A stretch of 64,000 nt of DNA, taken from IMG/VR virus record IMGVR_UViG_3300044556_000086, positions 29,434 through 93,433 of that record; one strand, given 5' to 3'. Of this stretch, positions 48,349 through 58,212 are shown piece by piece. The first letter of the stretch is position 1. Every line of letters starts with the position of its first letter. The DNA comes from a virus. Taxonomy: Duplodnaviria; Caudoviricetes. A program made the translations under genes and the position numbers. The notes beneath the pieces are model-generated. The model searched no databases. It was not told the origin of the DNA and saw only the letters and a list, made by a program, of their open reading frames with translations.

Positions 48349-48702
48349 ATGTCAGTAGATACAAATACCAAAATAACATCTACAGAGATGGGTGATATAA
48401 AGACAAGGATAACTTCTCTAGTATCTAAATCTAAGCTTACATCTATAGATGTATCTAGTGTAAGTACTGTGGGTAAGATATCGAAGTCTACTATTATATC
48501 TTTGCAGGATGCTATATGGTCATTAGAAAGTAACTTCAGTAATAACTGTTGTGAATCGAATCATTGTCAGACGTGTCAGTCCTCGAAATGTCAGGGTTGT
48601 CAGAGTTGTCAAAGTCAGAGTTGTCAGTCCTCGAAATGTCAGTCATGTCAGTCCCAGTGTGATTGTAATTGTAATTGCCATAGTAATGACAACTCTGAAT
48701 AG
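48349..48702 (+). CDS. Cys/Gln-repeat precursor-like protein B
   Basis: 14 Cys in the C-terminal half; CQS/CQG/CQT repeats ending CDCNCNC. Confidence 0.85.
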   Translation: MSVDTNTKITSTEMGDIKTRITSLVSKSKLTSIDVSSVSTVGKISKSTIISLQDAIWSLESNFSNNCCESNHCQTCQSSKCQGCQSCQSQSCQSSKCQSCQSQCDCNCNCHSNDNSE

Positions 48703-48721
48703 TTAGGGGTGTGTTTATCCG

Positions 48722-49510
48722 ATGAATTTTCATGTATATAGACCTAAATTCATAGATAGTAGTAAATTTATAGGTAGATCTGTATCCGTGGTTTACTCTT
48801 TTGAGGAATCTGAGGGTAGTATATCTTTTGGGTTTAAGTTGATTAGTATGTTTGACTCCAGTAAGATATACTCTGACAGAGTAATTACTGTCAATAAAAA
48901 GGACTATTCTGGAGGTCTGTATTCTATAACTTCTTCTAGGACTGGGGATAGACTAGGTGTTCATATATTCCCTAAATATGCAGGGAGGAATGTATCAAGA
49001 CCTTTCCTGTTGGATGATGATGTGTGTAATCTGGTAAGGTTCTATATTACAGATGATTTGCAGAATATGTATATTTATTTATACTATAATGATACTTCTA
49101 CAGATATGTTGGGAAATTTGCCTATAGAAACTGTAGATTTAGGGATTAATAATAGTGTAGATGGTTTATTTTTTTCTAAATGTCCAGAAGTACGTGAAAA
49201 AATAACGAAATGGAATGCTAAGATAAATTTACAAAATAAAGTAAATGCTTATAATTCTATTTCTTACTTAGAAGGTCAGTTAGATGTTCTGTATAAAATC
49301 GTGGAAAAGCTAATAGAAAAGACAGGAATAGATGTATCTGAATATAAAGAACTCCTAGATAGTGTGGATTCTAATAGTGTACTAACTCTGAAAGATGTAA
49401 AAGTAGTTACGAAAGATATATTAGATGATAAGTCTAATGTGCGAAAAGCTCAGACAGAATACTACAAAGTGTTAAAGGGTTTTTCAGAAGGTGTGGATGA
49501 TAAGACATGA
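48722..49510 (+). CDS. uncharacterised protein in the radical SAM cluster
   Basis: 262-aa ORF; ATGA coupling to rSAM2. Confidence 0.75.
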   Translation: MNFHVYRPKFIDSSKFIGRSVSVVYSFEESEGSISFGFKLISMFDSSKIYSDRVITVNKKDYSGGLYSITSSRTGDRLGVHIFPKYAGRNVSRPFLLDDDVCNLVRFYITDDLQNMYIYLYYNDTSTDMLGNLPIETVDLGINNSVDGLFFSKCPEVREKITKWNAKINLQNKVNAYNSISYLEGQLDVLYKIVEKLIEKTGIDVSEYKELLDSVDSNSVLTLKDVKVVTKDILDDKSNVRKAQTEYYKVLKGFSEGVDDKT

Positions 49511-50454
49511 TAACTGATACTATGACGGGTAAGAATTTCATAAGTCTAGTACTAGGTCTGGACTGTAACTGTCAGTGTTCTTATTGTTATCAGAACATAT
49601 TAAAAGAGAAATGTCATAAGGTTCTGGGTAAGAAAGACTTAGATAGAGTTATCCGGTATATCACGGGTAGGTATAAGGAAAATACAAATACGGCTCTTAC
49701 TCTGTTTGGGGGGGAGCCTTTGTTGTATCTAGATGATGTAAAGTATGTTTTATCTTCATTAGATGGTACTCAAGGGATGTTTAAAAGGATATTTACGAAT
49801 GCTTACTTATTAACAGAGGAAATAGTAGACTTATTAAATAGATACCATGTTCATGTCATAATATCTAATGACGGAGAAGACTCTGAAAGGGTTAGGGGAT
49901 ATAATATCTTAAAGGATAAAAAGATAGTCCGTCTGATACAGTCTTTAGATTCTTATGCTATATCTAGTGTGGTATATTCTGGAAATGAGGATGTATTCAA
50001 AACAAACAGGTACCTTAGAAAGTATTTACATAATCTAAAGTCTAATATGTTCACACCTATGCAGGTGTATGCAGATACAGAAAAGTATGTAAATAACTTT
50101 GACTTTGATATGTACAGGGATTCTATGGTAAGATCATTTTCTGCTGGGTATCAGTGTATTTCTATTTTTGGTGGATATCGGAGTGGATTTTCAACTTTTA
50201 CAGATGGTTCTATTATGAACTTAAATACCAATACTCTGGTAGGTAAGATAGATAAAGACGGGATACGTCATGATTTTGATGTGGAAAAAGAGTTGAGGAA
50301 GAAATCTGGTTGTTTGTTTGAAGAGTGTGAATGGTATAAATCTAAATTCTGTTGTGGTAAGGTATACCAGATAGAAGATAATGTATTTTGTCGTAAGGTA
50401 GCAAAGGTACATAAGGAGATTTTTGATGAGATACAAGGGAGTGTACAAAAATGA
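49507..50454 (+). CDS. radical SAM enzyme 2
   Basis: CNCQCSYC; LFGGEP; FTNA; ISNDG; C-terminal Cys cluster. Confidence 0.9.
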   Translation: MITDTMTGKNFISLVLGLDCNCQCSYCYQNILKEKCHKVLGKKDLDRVIRYITGRYKENTNTALTLFGGEPLLYLDDVKYVLSSLDGTQGMFKRIFTNAYLLTEEIVDLLNRYHVHVIISNDGEDSERVRGYNILKDKKIVRLIQSLDSYAISSVVYSGNEDVFKTNRYLRKYLHNLKSNMFTPMQVYADTEKYVNNFDFDMYRDSMVRSFSAGYQCISIFGGYRSGFSTFTDGSIMNLNTNTLVGKIDKDGIRHDFDVEKELRKKSGCLFEECEWYKSKFCCGKVYQIEDNVFCRKVAKVHKEIFDEIQGSVQK

Positions 50455-51460
50455 CCCGTACTATGAAGTACAGGGTGTAGGGGTTTACCTGGGAAGTAAA
50501 TGTAACCAGGATTGTCTATATTGTAGGGATAAAGCTTTCAGAAAACACCCGGAAGTAACAAAAGACAGTGTTTCTAGGCTTCTAAAGTTTTTAGATACCT
50601 TGAAAGGTCTGAGAGGAATTACCTTAGTTGGTGGGGAACCTTTTCTATATACGGACTATTTAAATTATTTCTATGACTATGCTGATGATAGAAAGTTAAC
50701 TATTCATTTCATCACTAACTCTTTAGGGTTGCAGGAAGATAATATCTGGGATACGTTCATTAAGGATAGAAGGAATATACATATCCAGGTTTCTTATGAT
50801 GGGTCTAATAACTCTAGGGGGTACACTATTCTGGATAATAAGAAAGTTAGGGAAAGGTGTAGTACTCTCATAGCTGAAAGTCGTTTCAGTGTATGTTCTG
50901 TCATTACAAAGGATAGTTGGAACGTAGTATCTATATTCTCTGATTTTTTAAATTCTTTTGGGAATGTGTCTTTTAATTGGATGATTTCTCCCTTATTAGA
51001 GTCAGCTGGGTGTGAAGACTTGAATAAAGAGACACCTATAGATGATTTCTTATACTCTTTCTATCAGTTTTTAAATACGTATAAGTGGTCTGGATTAGCT
51101 AGGTATGTTCTGTTAAAATACCTAAGGTCTATGGATTATCATATAGGTAAAGAAGAGTTATTCTTAGAGATGGATGGTTCTATAATTCGTAGCTGTTTTG
51201 ACTATACACCTATAGGTCGATGGGATAGTGAGGGTATTTCTGAAATATTCAATAAGTCGAATTATTTATCCTTGAATAGTAGTTCCCCTAAGTGTTCTGG
51301 ATGTATGATAAATGAATTATGTATCAAAAGACCAGAGTTTTTCAGTCCGACTTCCTGTCAGATGAGAGTAGGTATGGAAGAATGCATATTCTCTATCATT
51401 AGGGAATCTGGATGTAGTACATTGGAAGAGTTTGAGGGGATGCTTCATGAATTACAATAA
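50423..51460 (+). CDS. radical SAM enzyme 3
   Basis: CNQDCLYC; LVGGEP; ITNS; VSYDG; DG...SC...CSGC....C. Confidence 0.9.
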   Translation: MMRYKGVYKNDPYYEVQGVGVYLGSKCNQDCLYCRDKAFRKHPEVTKDSVSRLLKFLDTLKGLRGITLVGGEPFLYTDYLNYFYDYADDRKLTIHFITNSLGLQEDNIWDTFIKDRRNIHIQVSYDGSNNSRGYTILDNKKVRERCSTLIAESRFSVCSVITKDSWNVVSIFSDFLNSFGNVSFNWMISPLLESAGCEDLNKETPIDDFLYSFYQFLNTYKWSGLARYVLLKYLRSMDYHIGKEELFLEMDGSIIRSCFDYTPIGRWDSEGISEIFNKSNYLSLNSSSPKCSGCMINELCIKRPEFFSPTSCQMRVGMEECIFSIIRESGCSTLEEFEGMLHELQ

Positions 51461-52472
51461 ACGAATACAGATGCCATTCAAACAGTTACGGGTTCATTTT
51501 GGGAATGACTGTAATATGAAGTGTTCTTTCTGTCATTCTATCAGTCTGAATACTAAGATAGACTATAACCCGGATAAGATAGTATCTATCTTTAATGAAG
51601 GTGGATTCACGGCTTGCAGTTATGTGGGTGGAGAAACCACACTATATCTGGATAAGATAGTAGACCTTTCACACAGGTTACCCGCAGGGGTTCGTAACTC
51701 CTTTACAACCAACGGGTCTACTATGGAGGGGGATATACTGGATAAGACTTTAAGGAATATGTTTGTTGTATCTGTGTCTGTGAATGAGTTCACACTGGGT
51801 AGTCTGAAATATGAAGGATTGAAACAGATATACCAGTTAGGTACTTCATGTGTGTGGGATGGAAAACATACCTTAGATGAGATAGATAAGATGTATGATG
51901 AGGTATCTGAGGGTCTTGGTTATCTAAAGTTTCCGTATTATAATTTAGTTCACAGGACAGGTACCAGTTCAGAATTTCACTATACTGATAGTCAAATAGA
52001 TAGGTTCTTATCTGATATAACCTATCGGTTACAGTTAGCCTGTCATTCCTTTGTACGGGGAAAGATTTCTAGGTATTCTATGTTACTACTAACCTTGAAT
52101 ACTTGGTTCTCTTATAAAGGGTTTGGGTGCTGGAGAGATGATTATATTACAGTACAGGCTGATGGGAAGTACTCTCCATGTTCTTATTCTCCTATTTCTT
52201 TCGATGACTTTGAGAAAGCTGATGCTTTCATACGTGGGTCACTTCATAATAAGTTCAAGTGTGACAGTTGTATCGTACCGAAAAACCAGTGTAAAATGTG
52301 TTATCTAAGTCTGGATGATACAGAATGTACAATTTTGCGGGGAGTGTACCAGATTTACATGAGAACCTTAAAGAAGTATCGAATTAACTATATGGAAGTG
52401 TATGATAGGTTACAGCGATACCCGTTTACTATACAAGGAGGGGTTCATTGTGGGGTTGGCGATTCCATATAA
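51447..52472 (+). CDS. radical SAM enzyme 4
   Basis: CNMKCSFC; GGET; TTNG; GC...DGKYSPC...CDSC....C..C. Confidence 0.9.
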   Translation: MNYNKRIQMPFKQLRVHFGNDCNMKCSFCHSISLNTKIDYNPDKIVSIFNEGGFTACSYVGGETTLYLDKIVDLSHRLPAGVRNSFTTNGSTMEGDILDKTLRNMFVVSVSVNEFTLGSLKYEGLKQIYQLGTSCVWDGKHTLDEIDKMYDEVSEGLGYLKFPYYNLVHRTGTSSEFHYTDSQIDRFLSDITYRLQLACHSFVRGKISRYSMLLLTLNTWFSYKGFGCWRDDYITVQADGKYSPCSYSPISFDDFEKADAFIRGSLHNKFKCDSCIVPKNQCKMCYLSLDDTECTILRGVYQIYMRTLKKYRINYMEVYDRLQRYPFTIQGGVHCGVGDSI

Positions 52473-53421
52473 CGGAATAGATTACAAAAAGTATAATCAA
52501 TTTCTGGAAGATAGAAAATCAGATATAGATTACATATACATAGCTAATAACCCTGTATTCAAGGATAGGGATAGGAATATAGCTTATACTGTCTTACAAG
52601 ATGATATAGGGGAAGGATACTATAAAGATTGTGAGAAGTTTCTAGAATATAGACCTAAAGATGTACCTATATTCTTAGATTGTACGGAGTTTTACCATCC
52701 ATCAAACTATAACTCTATGAAAGGGGAAATAGAGTCTTTTCTGATACCCGAATTAGATAGGTACTCTTTTACAGGTATCATAACTTGTGATTACGGGGTA
52801 GCTTCTTATATTAAGAATAATACAGACTATGACGTTATCATATATGGACTATCTAATCTTAGAGCTATGTATTCTTACGAAGAAGACATAGAGGTATCCG
52901 ACTTCATACTGCCATTGGATACGTTACGGAACCGGGATTACGTAGAATACCTAAAGAAAGTAAAGCAGGATTATAATAAAAACTCGTATGACGCTAAATT
53001 CCAAGCTGTTGTAAATAATAACAGGTACTATGGAGATATGTGTTTCAATCAGGATGCCTATAAAGTAACTCGTACAGGGTATATGAAATATGGTCAGTGG
53101 AATAGACCATACGATGAATTCCGTAAGAACTGGGTGCTTCCAAGGTGGTTGAAGATTTACGATGACTTGATTGAAACCTATATCATAGAAGGGTTATATA
53201 CTTATTCAGTAGAAGGGTTATTTAAGACAGTAGATGCTTATATTCATAGAAGTGATGATATTCTACTATCTGATATCGTGTCTACTAGGTTACAAGATTA
53301 TCCAGTAAAAGATATAAAAGGGAAGTTGGCTAGGTGTATGTGCAGGGAATGTGATGTTTCTTGTACGACATGTAAGGGTATTCTATCCGAGTACTATACT
53401 TCTCATAACATTGAAGCCTAG
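52450..53421 (+). CDS. divergent peptidase U32-like protein
   Basis: DIDYIY, GIITCDYGVASYI and AVVN; C-terminal C..C...C..C. Confidence 0.55.
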   Translation: MGLAIPYNGIDYKKYNQFLEDRKSDIDYIYIANNPVFKDRDRNIAYTVLQDDIGEGYYKDCEKFLEYRPKDVPIFLDCTEFYHPSNYNSMKGEIESFLIPELDRYSFTGIITCDYGVASYIKNNTDYDVIIYGLSNLRAMYSYEEDIEVSDFILPLDTLRNRDYVEYLKKVKQDYNKNSYDAKFQAVVNNNRYYGDMCFNQDAYKVTRTGYMKYGQWNRPYDEFRKNWVLPRWLKIYDDLIETYIIEGLYTYSVEGLFKTVDAYIHRSDDILLSDIVSTRLQDYPVKDIKGKLARCMCRECDVSCTTCKGILSEYYTSHNIEA

Positions 53422-53429
53422 ATAATCAT

Positions 53430-53455
53430 AGGGCAGTTGAAAGACTGTCCTTTTT
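53430..53455 (+). terminator. Rho-independent terminator closing the tail/rSAM operon
   Basis: AGGGCAGT-TGAAAG-ACTGTCCT followed by TTTT. Confidence 0.8.
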
Positions 53456-53468
53456 AGTAACTATTTAT

Positions 53469-53501
53469 TTACTTTACATGAAGTAAAATATATGGTATAC
53501 T
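53469..53501 (+). promoter_or_regulatory. sigmaA-type promoter with TTACTT-N6-AAGTAA palindrome, upstream of the replication genes
   Basis: TTTACA(53473)-17 bp-TATACT(53496); AAGTAAAATATATGGTATACT identical to the 5313 promoter. Confidence 0.8.
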
Positions 53502-54097
53502 ATGGTTGTAAGGAGGTGAGTATCATGTTGATGGATGTGAAGGGGTTCTCTGATGGGAAAGAGAATGAAAGTGATTCTTTCGTTATTAAGAGTCATAATT
53601 CTTTTAAAGAGAATTCTTTTTCTAAGGGAGTGATGAGTGATATTTCACCTCTGGTAAAGATGGACGTTATAAATCACTTTTTTAGACTAGATTCTTTATT
53701 GAAGAATTTGGGTATTGAAGTTGGAAGTGGAACAATGTATTGCCCATTTCATGATGATGAAATGGGGGGTAAACCCTCTGCAAAGTATCATAGTGATACA
53801 GACTTACTATATTGCTTTTCAGAGAATAAAATGTACTCTGCTTATCACGCTGTTAAATTTTTGTACCATCAGGATGTAAACAGGGTATTCGATAAGATTT
53901 GGAAGACGTTACCTAAATCTGAAAAACTGAAGTTCTTAGGTAACAGGGATTCTGATATGGGAGAAATCAAGGTAGATAGTCAATGGGATTTCTACATGAC
54001 TAAGGTTCTTGGTTCTTTCAAACGGAGGGAAGTAACTTTCCCTCAATATAAGAGAGCCTTGTATAAGATTCTTGAATTATCCGGGAAAGGGGAATAA
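53492..54097 (+). CDS. CHC2 zinc-finger (primase-like N-terminal domain) protein; true start probably ~53525
   Basis: MYCPFHDD....PSA...YCFS. Confidence 0.65.
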   Translation: MVYYGCKEVSIMLMDVKGFSDGKENESDSFVIKSHNSFKENSFSKGVMSDISPLVKMDVINHFFRLDSLLKNLGIEVGSGTMYCPFHDDEMGGKPSAKYHSDTDLLYCFSENKMYSAYHAVKFLYHQDVNRVFDKIWKTLPKSEKLKFLGNRDSDMGEIKVDSQWDFYMTKVLGSFKRREVTFPQYKRALYKILELSGKGE

Positions 54098-54099
54098 CC

Positions 54100-54717
54100 A
54101 TGGTATCTGTAGAATACGGCAGCTGGAAATACATCTCTCATGATGTAGGGAACGAACATACGAAGAATGACAAGATTTTCCTTCCGTATGTACTTCATGA
54201 TGTGGGTGACCCTTTAGGGAACCATTATGATAAAGTTTACTATGTTCCTTCTATTTCATACGATGTCTTCACTGTTGGGGAAGATAAGACATATATCCTT
54301 GCTAGTATTGATTTTAGTAAAGATGACAGATATGCAGATGACCCGAAAGTCATGAATCTGATGGATTTATATGGTTCCTATGTAGAAGGGTATAGTAAAT
54401 ATTTAATTAGTGGTTTGTACTCAGATGATTCTGAAAGGTTCATCAAAGATACTTTCGTAGAAAACTATAAAGTGGTCTACGAAGAAATCTATATGAATAC
54501 TATTCATGTCCCAGGTCAGGGATTATTCATGAATGTGGGAAGACGAGATTGTATCTTCCGTCATTTACCTAAGGAACTTGGGGAATTGATTAAATTCAAT
54601 ATGGAAAGTCAGAGGGCTGGAGAATCATTAATTCCCTTGTATGATAATTTTGGTAAATTAGTCAGTAAGACTAACTATATTATTAATAAGGATTACAGGT
54701 TTAGAGTTGAAGAATAA
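54100..54717 (+). CDS. hypothetical protein
   Basis: 205-aa ORF with RBS. Confidence 0.7.
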   Translation: MVSVEYGSWKYISHDVGNEHTKNDKIFLPYVLHDVGDPLGNHYDKVYYVPSISYDVFTVGEDKTYILASIDFSKDDRYADDPKVMNLMDLYGSYVEGYSKYLISGLYSDDSERFIKDTFVENYKVVYEEIYMNTIHVPGQGLFMNVGRRDCIFRHLPKELGELIKFNMESQRAGESLIPLYDNFGKLVSKTNYIINKDYRFRVEE

Positions 54718-54723
54718 GGAAAG

Positions 54724-54909
54724 GTGGTTCAATCTATGAAAGTTGTTACCGTAGTAAAATTGTTGAATGGGAAATATCAAGTTACAGAATCGTTTGATGG
54801 TACCAGAGGAAAGGTGTATAATAGTTTAGATGACGTATACCAGTCTTATCCCGTCAACGAAGGGGTAGACCCAGTACAGGTAAAGGTCATGGAGACTATT
54901 AATGGGTAG
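54724..54909 (+). CDS. small hypothetical protein
   Basis: Coupled ORF. Confidence 0.5.
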   Translation: MVQSMKVVTVVKLLNGKYQVTESFDGTRGKVYNSLDDVYQSYPVNEGVDPVQVKVMETING

Positions 54910-55357
54910 TTCTTTATCCGAGTACTATTTAACATTTAAAGGGTTATGTATCGTACCCGTCATAAAGAGAGTTCCTTTCACAGGGAAGGTAAAAGACGCG
55001 GTACGATACATAGGGTACATGGAAGATATCACAAAGTTCTGTATGTCAAATTCCCTAGATTTGTATTTCTTGACATACTCTAGGGGTCTGGTAACACTGG
55101 AAGATGAACTGGAAAGAGAAGTGTCCATAAAGGATGACACTAATTTATTAATATGGGCCAGTATAGTATCAGAACAGACATACAGGGTTTGTGTAGGTAC
55201 TCACTCTTTAGATGTGTATTTACTGAATAAAGAGATTTCTAACTATAGACAGTATGTTGATTTCATGAAGCAGAGGGGAATACTTGTTCATCAACCCATT
55301 TTAGGGATGAGACGGTCATTCATACCTTCTGCTTTAGGTTCTATTCATATAAGTTAA
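54902..55357 (+). CDS. hypothetical protein
   Basis: 151-aa coupled ORF. Confidence 0.6.
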   Translation: MGSSLSEYYLTFKGLCIVPVIKRVPFTGKVKDAVRYIGYMEDITKFCMSNSLDLYFLTYSRGLVTLEDELEREVSIKDDTNLLIWASIVSEQTYRVCVGTHSLDVYLLNKEISNYRQYVDFMKQRGILVHQPILGMRRSFIPSALGSIHIS

Positions 55358-55376
55358 TTCTATACAGGGGGATATC

Positions 55377-55802
55377 ATGAGTCAGATATCAGTAGAAAAA
55401 GCAGTTAAGTCATTACTATCTAGTGGGAGTTGGTGTGCTTGTAATGTAGCAGGTACATCCTTCATACCTAATTCTGAAAAAGTGCTTCATTATCTACAGT
55501 ATCTGAATAGTTTGCCTTCTGATAAGGATTCTAGTGTTTATCTACGTCTTGAGTATGAGGCAGATAATCCATATGATGAGAACGCTGTAAAGGTGTATGC
55601 TAAGTCTAATGCCTTTAAAGGGAAGAAAGTAAAGATAGGGTATGTTCCTAAGAAACTGTCAGGACTGTTCAGGTATATCTTAAGTTCTGATTTTATAACA
55701 TTGAATATGACTAGACCTAAATTTGTAGGTGGGGGGTACCCTAAGAAAAATATAGGGGTATTCTTTGACTGGAGCATTGAGGAGGTTCGCAAAGATGGGT
55801 AA
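55377..55802 (+). CDS. HIRAN domain protein
   Basis: VAGTSF...LEYEADNPYDENAVKV...IGYVPK. Confidence 0.9.
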   Translation: MSQISVEKAVKSLLSSGSWCACNVAGTSFIPNSEKVLHYLQYLNSLPSDKDSSVYLRLEYEADNPYDENAVKVYAKSNAFKGKKVKIGYVPKKLSGLFRYILSSDFITLNMTRPKFVGGGYPKKNIGVFFDWSIEEVRKDG

Positions 55803-58005
55803 GCAGGAAGCTAAAGCAAAATATACAAACTTCATTCCACCCCATAAAAAGGTAGAAAACTGGTATAAGAACTTTAATTTCATACTGATAGATTCAATGG
55901 AAAAGTTGGAAGGTGTATTCAAAGATGTAAAACCAAAATCCTACTATATGGGTTTCGATACAGAAACAACAGGTCTTGATTTTGAAGAGTTGGATTTAGT
56001 AGGGTATTCTTTCTGTCTGGACGGTAAAAATACATATTATGTCCCCGTATACCATTTTGACTATGAGCATAATCTTGGAGAAGCTTCTGTAGACTTTATT
56101 TATCAGAAGATGGTAGAAGCGAAGAAGGTATTCATGTTCAATGCTAGGTATGATATGCGAGTAATGGAGTATATCGGGTACAAGGATAGAAAAGAAGAAT
56201 TAGATAAAAAGCGGTGGAAGTTTGTCAAGTACGATATGTCTAAGGTAGGTTACTTCGACGTAGCTTGTGCTGTATGGAATTCTGATACAAATATTAAGAT
56301 GCCTTCCTTGAAGTATTCTTCAGAACACTTCTTAGGGTTTTCTCAGATGCACTTTGATGAAGTAGTCGAAAATGCCGGTAATTTCTTTTATTTAAATCCT
56401 TCTACAAATCCGGATGTAGCTTATTACGCTGGTGCTGATGCTTTATGTACCTATTTATTGGTCACTGCTACTGCTAAGTATTTCATTGAAGCTAAGATGG
56501 CTGGTAAATTGGATAATGCTGTTCTATATCCTCTCATGCATTTCGAGAATGAAAAGCTTTGGTTAGATAAAGATAAGTTAGATAGGATGGAAATTGATGC
56601 TAGGAAAGAAGTCGATAGACTGGAAAAAGAAGTCTATGACATGATAGGATATCAGATTAATCTAAATTCCCCTAGACAGGTAGCTCAGGCTTTTTCTCGT
56701 CTTGGAATTGATACAGGGGAACGTACTGCTTCTGGGACAATGGCTACAGGTATGAGTGTATTGAATAATTTACCAGAAGAAGTGTTGAATGAATACCCAG
56801 CTTTAAAGTCTTTTGTAGAATATAAGAAGATGTATAAACTTCTTTCTTCTTATATTTCCGTATATCAGAAGGAAGCAAACTCTAGGGGGTTCTTACGTGG
56901 CTCCTATAAAAACACGGATGCACCTACTGGTCGTTTGGCATGTGGTAAAGATGGGAAGAATCATTTCTTTTCTCCTGTAAACCTGCAAGCTATTCCGAAA
57001 CCTCATGTAGCTATGTATGATGTATTTGATTTAGGGGATAGAAAGTTATTCCGAAAGAAAGATAATATTCTGTTCGGTTATCAGTTCAAAATGAGTCAGT
57101 ATGATAAAGACGGGAACCACATTGTACCTGAAGATAGTTCTTATATTGGAATGGCAGAAGGGATGAACCCAAAGTTTAATCTAAGGGATACTATCTTACC
57201 TAAAATGTATGAAGACTCAGGGGAAGATGAATTCTGTTATTGTACTTGTGACTATGCTGCTCAGGAATTACGTATTACTTCTAATATTAGTCGGGAACCC
57301 ATATGGACAGATGCTTTCTTACATGGCAAGGATGTACATAAGTCTACGGCGATTGCTCTTTGGGGAGAACAAAATTACAATAAGGACTATCGAAAGAGAG
57401 CAAAGGGGTTCAACTTCGGCATAATCTATGGTATGGGTCCTAGTTCTATGGTAGGGAAGAAGTTTGGTATTCATTCTTTACCCGAGGCTGAAGAGTTTTA
57501 CGCTAAATTCCAGAATACCTTACCCACTTTGTTTCAATGGATTGACAGAACTCAGAGACGGGCTAGGAAGATGGGTACCACATACACATTCTTTGGTAGA
57601 CCTCGGCGTTTAAAGTCTTATTACCAAAACGGGAATATCGGGTTCGCAAACAGGACCTCCGTGAATACAGTTATCCAGGGAACCGCTGGGGATATGTTAA
57701 AATTGGTTATGTGTCGGTTATGGAAAAACTTGTATAATAATCCTGAGTATGAGAATGATATTTCATTCATGGTTACTATTCACGATGAAATAGGGAATAG
57801 AATCAGAACAAGCCGGGCTAATGAATTAGTAGGGTTGATAGAAGAAAATCAGACAGTTAAAATTAAAGAGTGGCCCATCCCTATTATTACAGAAGCCTCT
57901 TTAGGGTGGAGTATGGGTAATGTGTTTGCTTTTGAGAGAGTATGGCACACTGATGAGAATGGGAATCGGACTGGGGAATGGCATTATGAACCTAAGTTAG
58001 ACTGA
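55795..58005 (+). CDS. polA: DNA polymerase family A with 3'-5' exonuclease
   Basis: DTETTG, FNARYD and YAGAD exonuclease motifs; TGRL, DYAAQELR, RKRAKGFNFGIIYG, IQGTAGD, IHDE. Confidence 0.95.
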   Translation: MGKQEAKAKYTNFIPPHKKVENWYKNFNFILIDSMEKLEGVFKDVKPKSYYMGFDTETTGLDFEELDLVGYSFCLDGKNTYYVPVYHFDYEHNLGEASVDFIYQKMVEAKKVFMFNARYDMRVMEYIGYKDRKEELDKKRWKFVKYDMSKVGYFDVACAVWNSDTNIKMPSLKYSSEHFLGFSQMHFDEVVENAGNFFYLNPSTNPDVAYYAGADALCTYLLVTATAKYFIEAKMAGKLDNAVLYPLMHFENEKLWLDKDKLDRMEIDARKEVDRLEKEVYDMIGYQINLNSPRQVAQAFSRLGIDTGERTASGTMATGMSVLNNLPEEVLNEYPALKSFVEYKKMYKLLSSYISVYQKEANSRGFLRGSYKNTDAPTGRLACGKDGKNHFFSPVNLQAIPKPHVAMYDVFDLGDRKLFRKKDNILFGYQFKMSQYDKDGNHIVPEDSSYIGMAEGMNPKFNLRDTILPKMYEDSGEDEFCYCTCDYAAQELRITSNISREPIWTDAFLHGKDVHKSTAIALWGEQNYNKDYRKRAKGFNFGIIYGMGPSSMVGKKFGIHSLPEAEEFYAKFQNTLPTLFQWIDRTQRRARKMGTTYTFFGRPRRLKSYYQNGNIGFANRTSVNTVIQGTAGDMLKLVMCRLWKNLYNNPEYENDISFMVTIHDEIGNRIRTSRANELVGLIEENQTVKIKEWPIPIITEASLGWSMGNVFAFERVWHTDENGNRTGEWHYEPKLD

Positions 58006-58212
58006 TAAAAATACAATAAAAATTTGTACAGGTTACAAAAATAGGTGATAGTATCCAAATTTTATGTATAGTTATTAGTTTCTGGGAAGATTGAGTGAGG
58101 TGTGTACTTTCTCATACTATTTCCTTTCATTTTCTTCTGTAACGTTAAACACTGGATACTTACGGTTACTAATGGTATACTATTCAATAGGGATAGAAAG
58201 GAGGAAATTAAG

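Noticed and set aside
48049-48702. Assignment to SCIFF/thermocellin or CXXX-repeat RiPP families
   Set aside because: The SCIFF CQxSCQSACKTSC context is absent, the Cys spacing is mostly 3 rather than 4, and the rSAMs have no room for an N-terminal RRE.
55795-58005. Intron or intein in the DNA polymerase
   Set aside because: The ORF is continuous with all motifs in order; the insert before motif A lacks intein C...HN ends.
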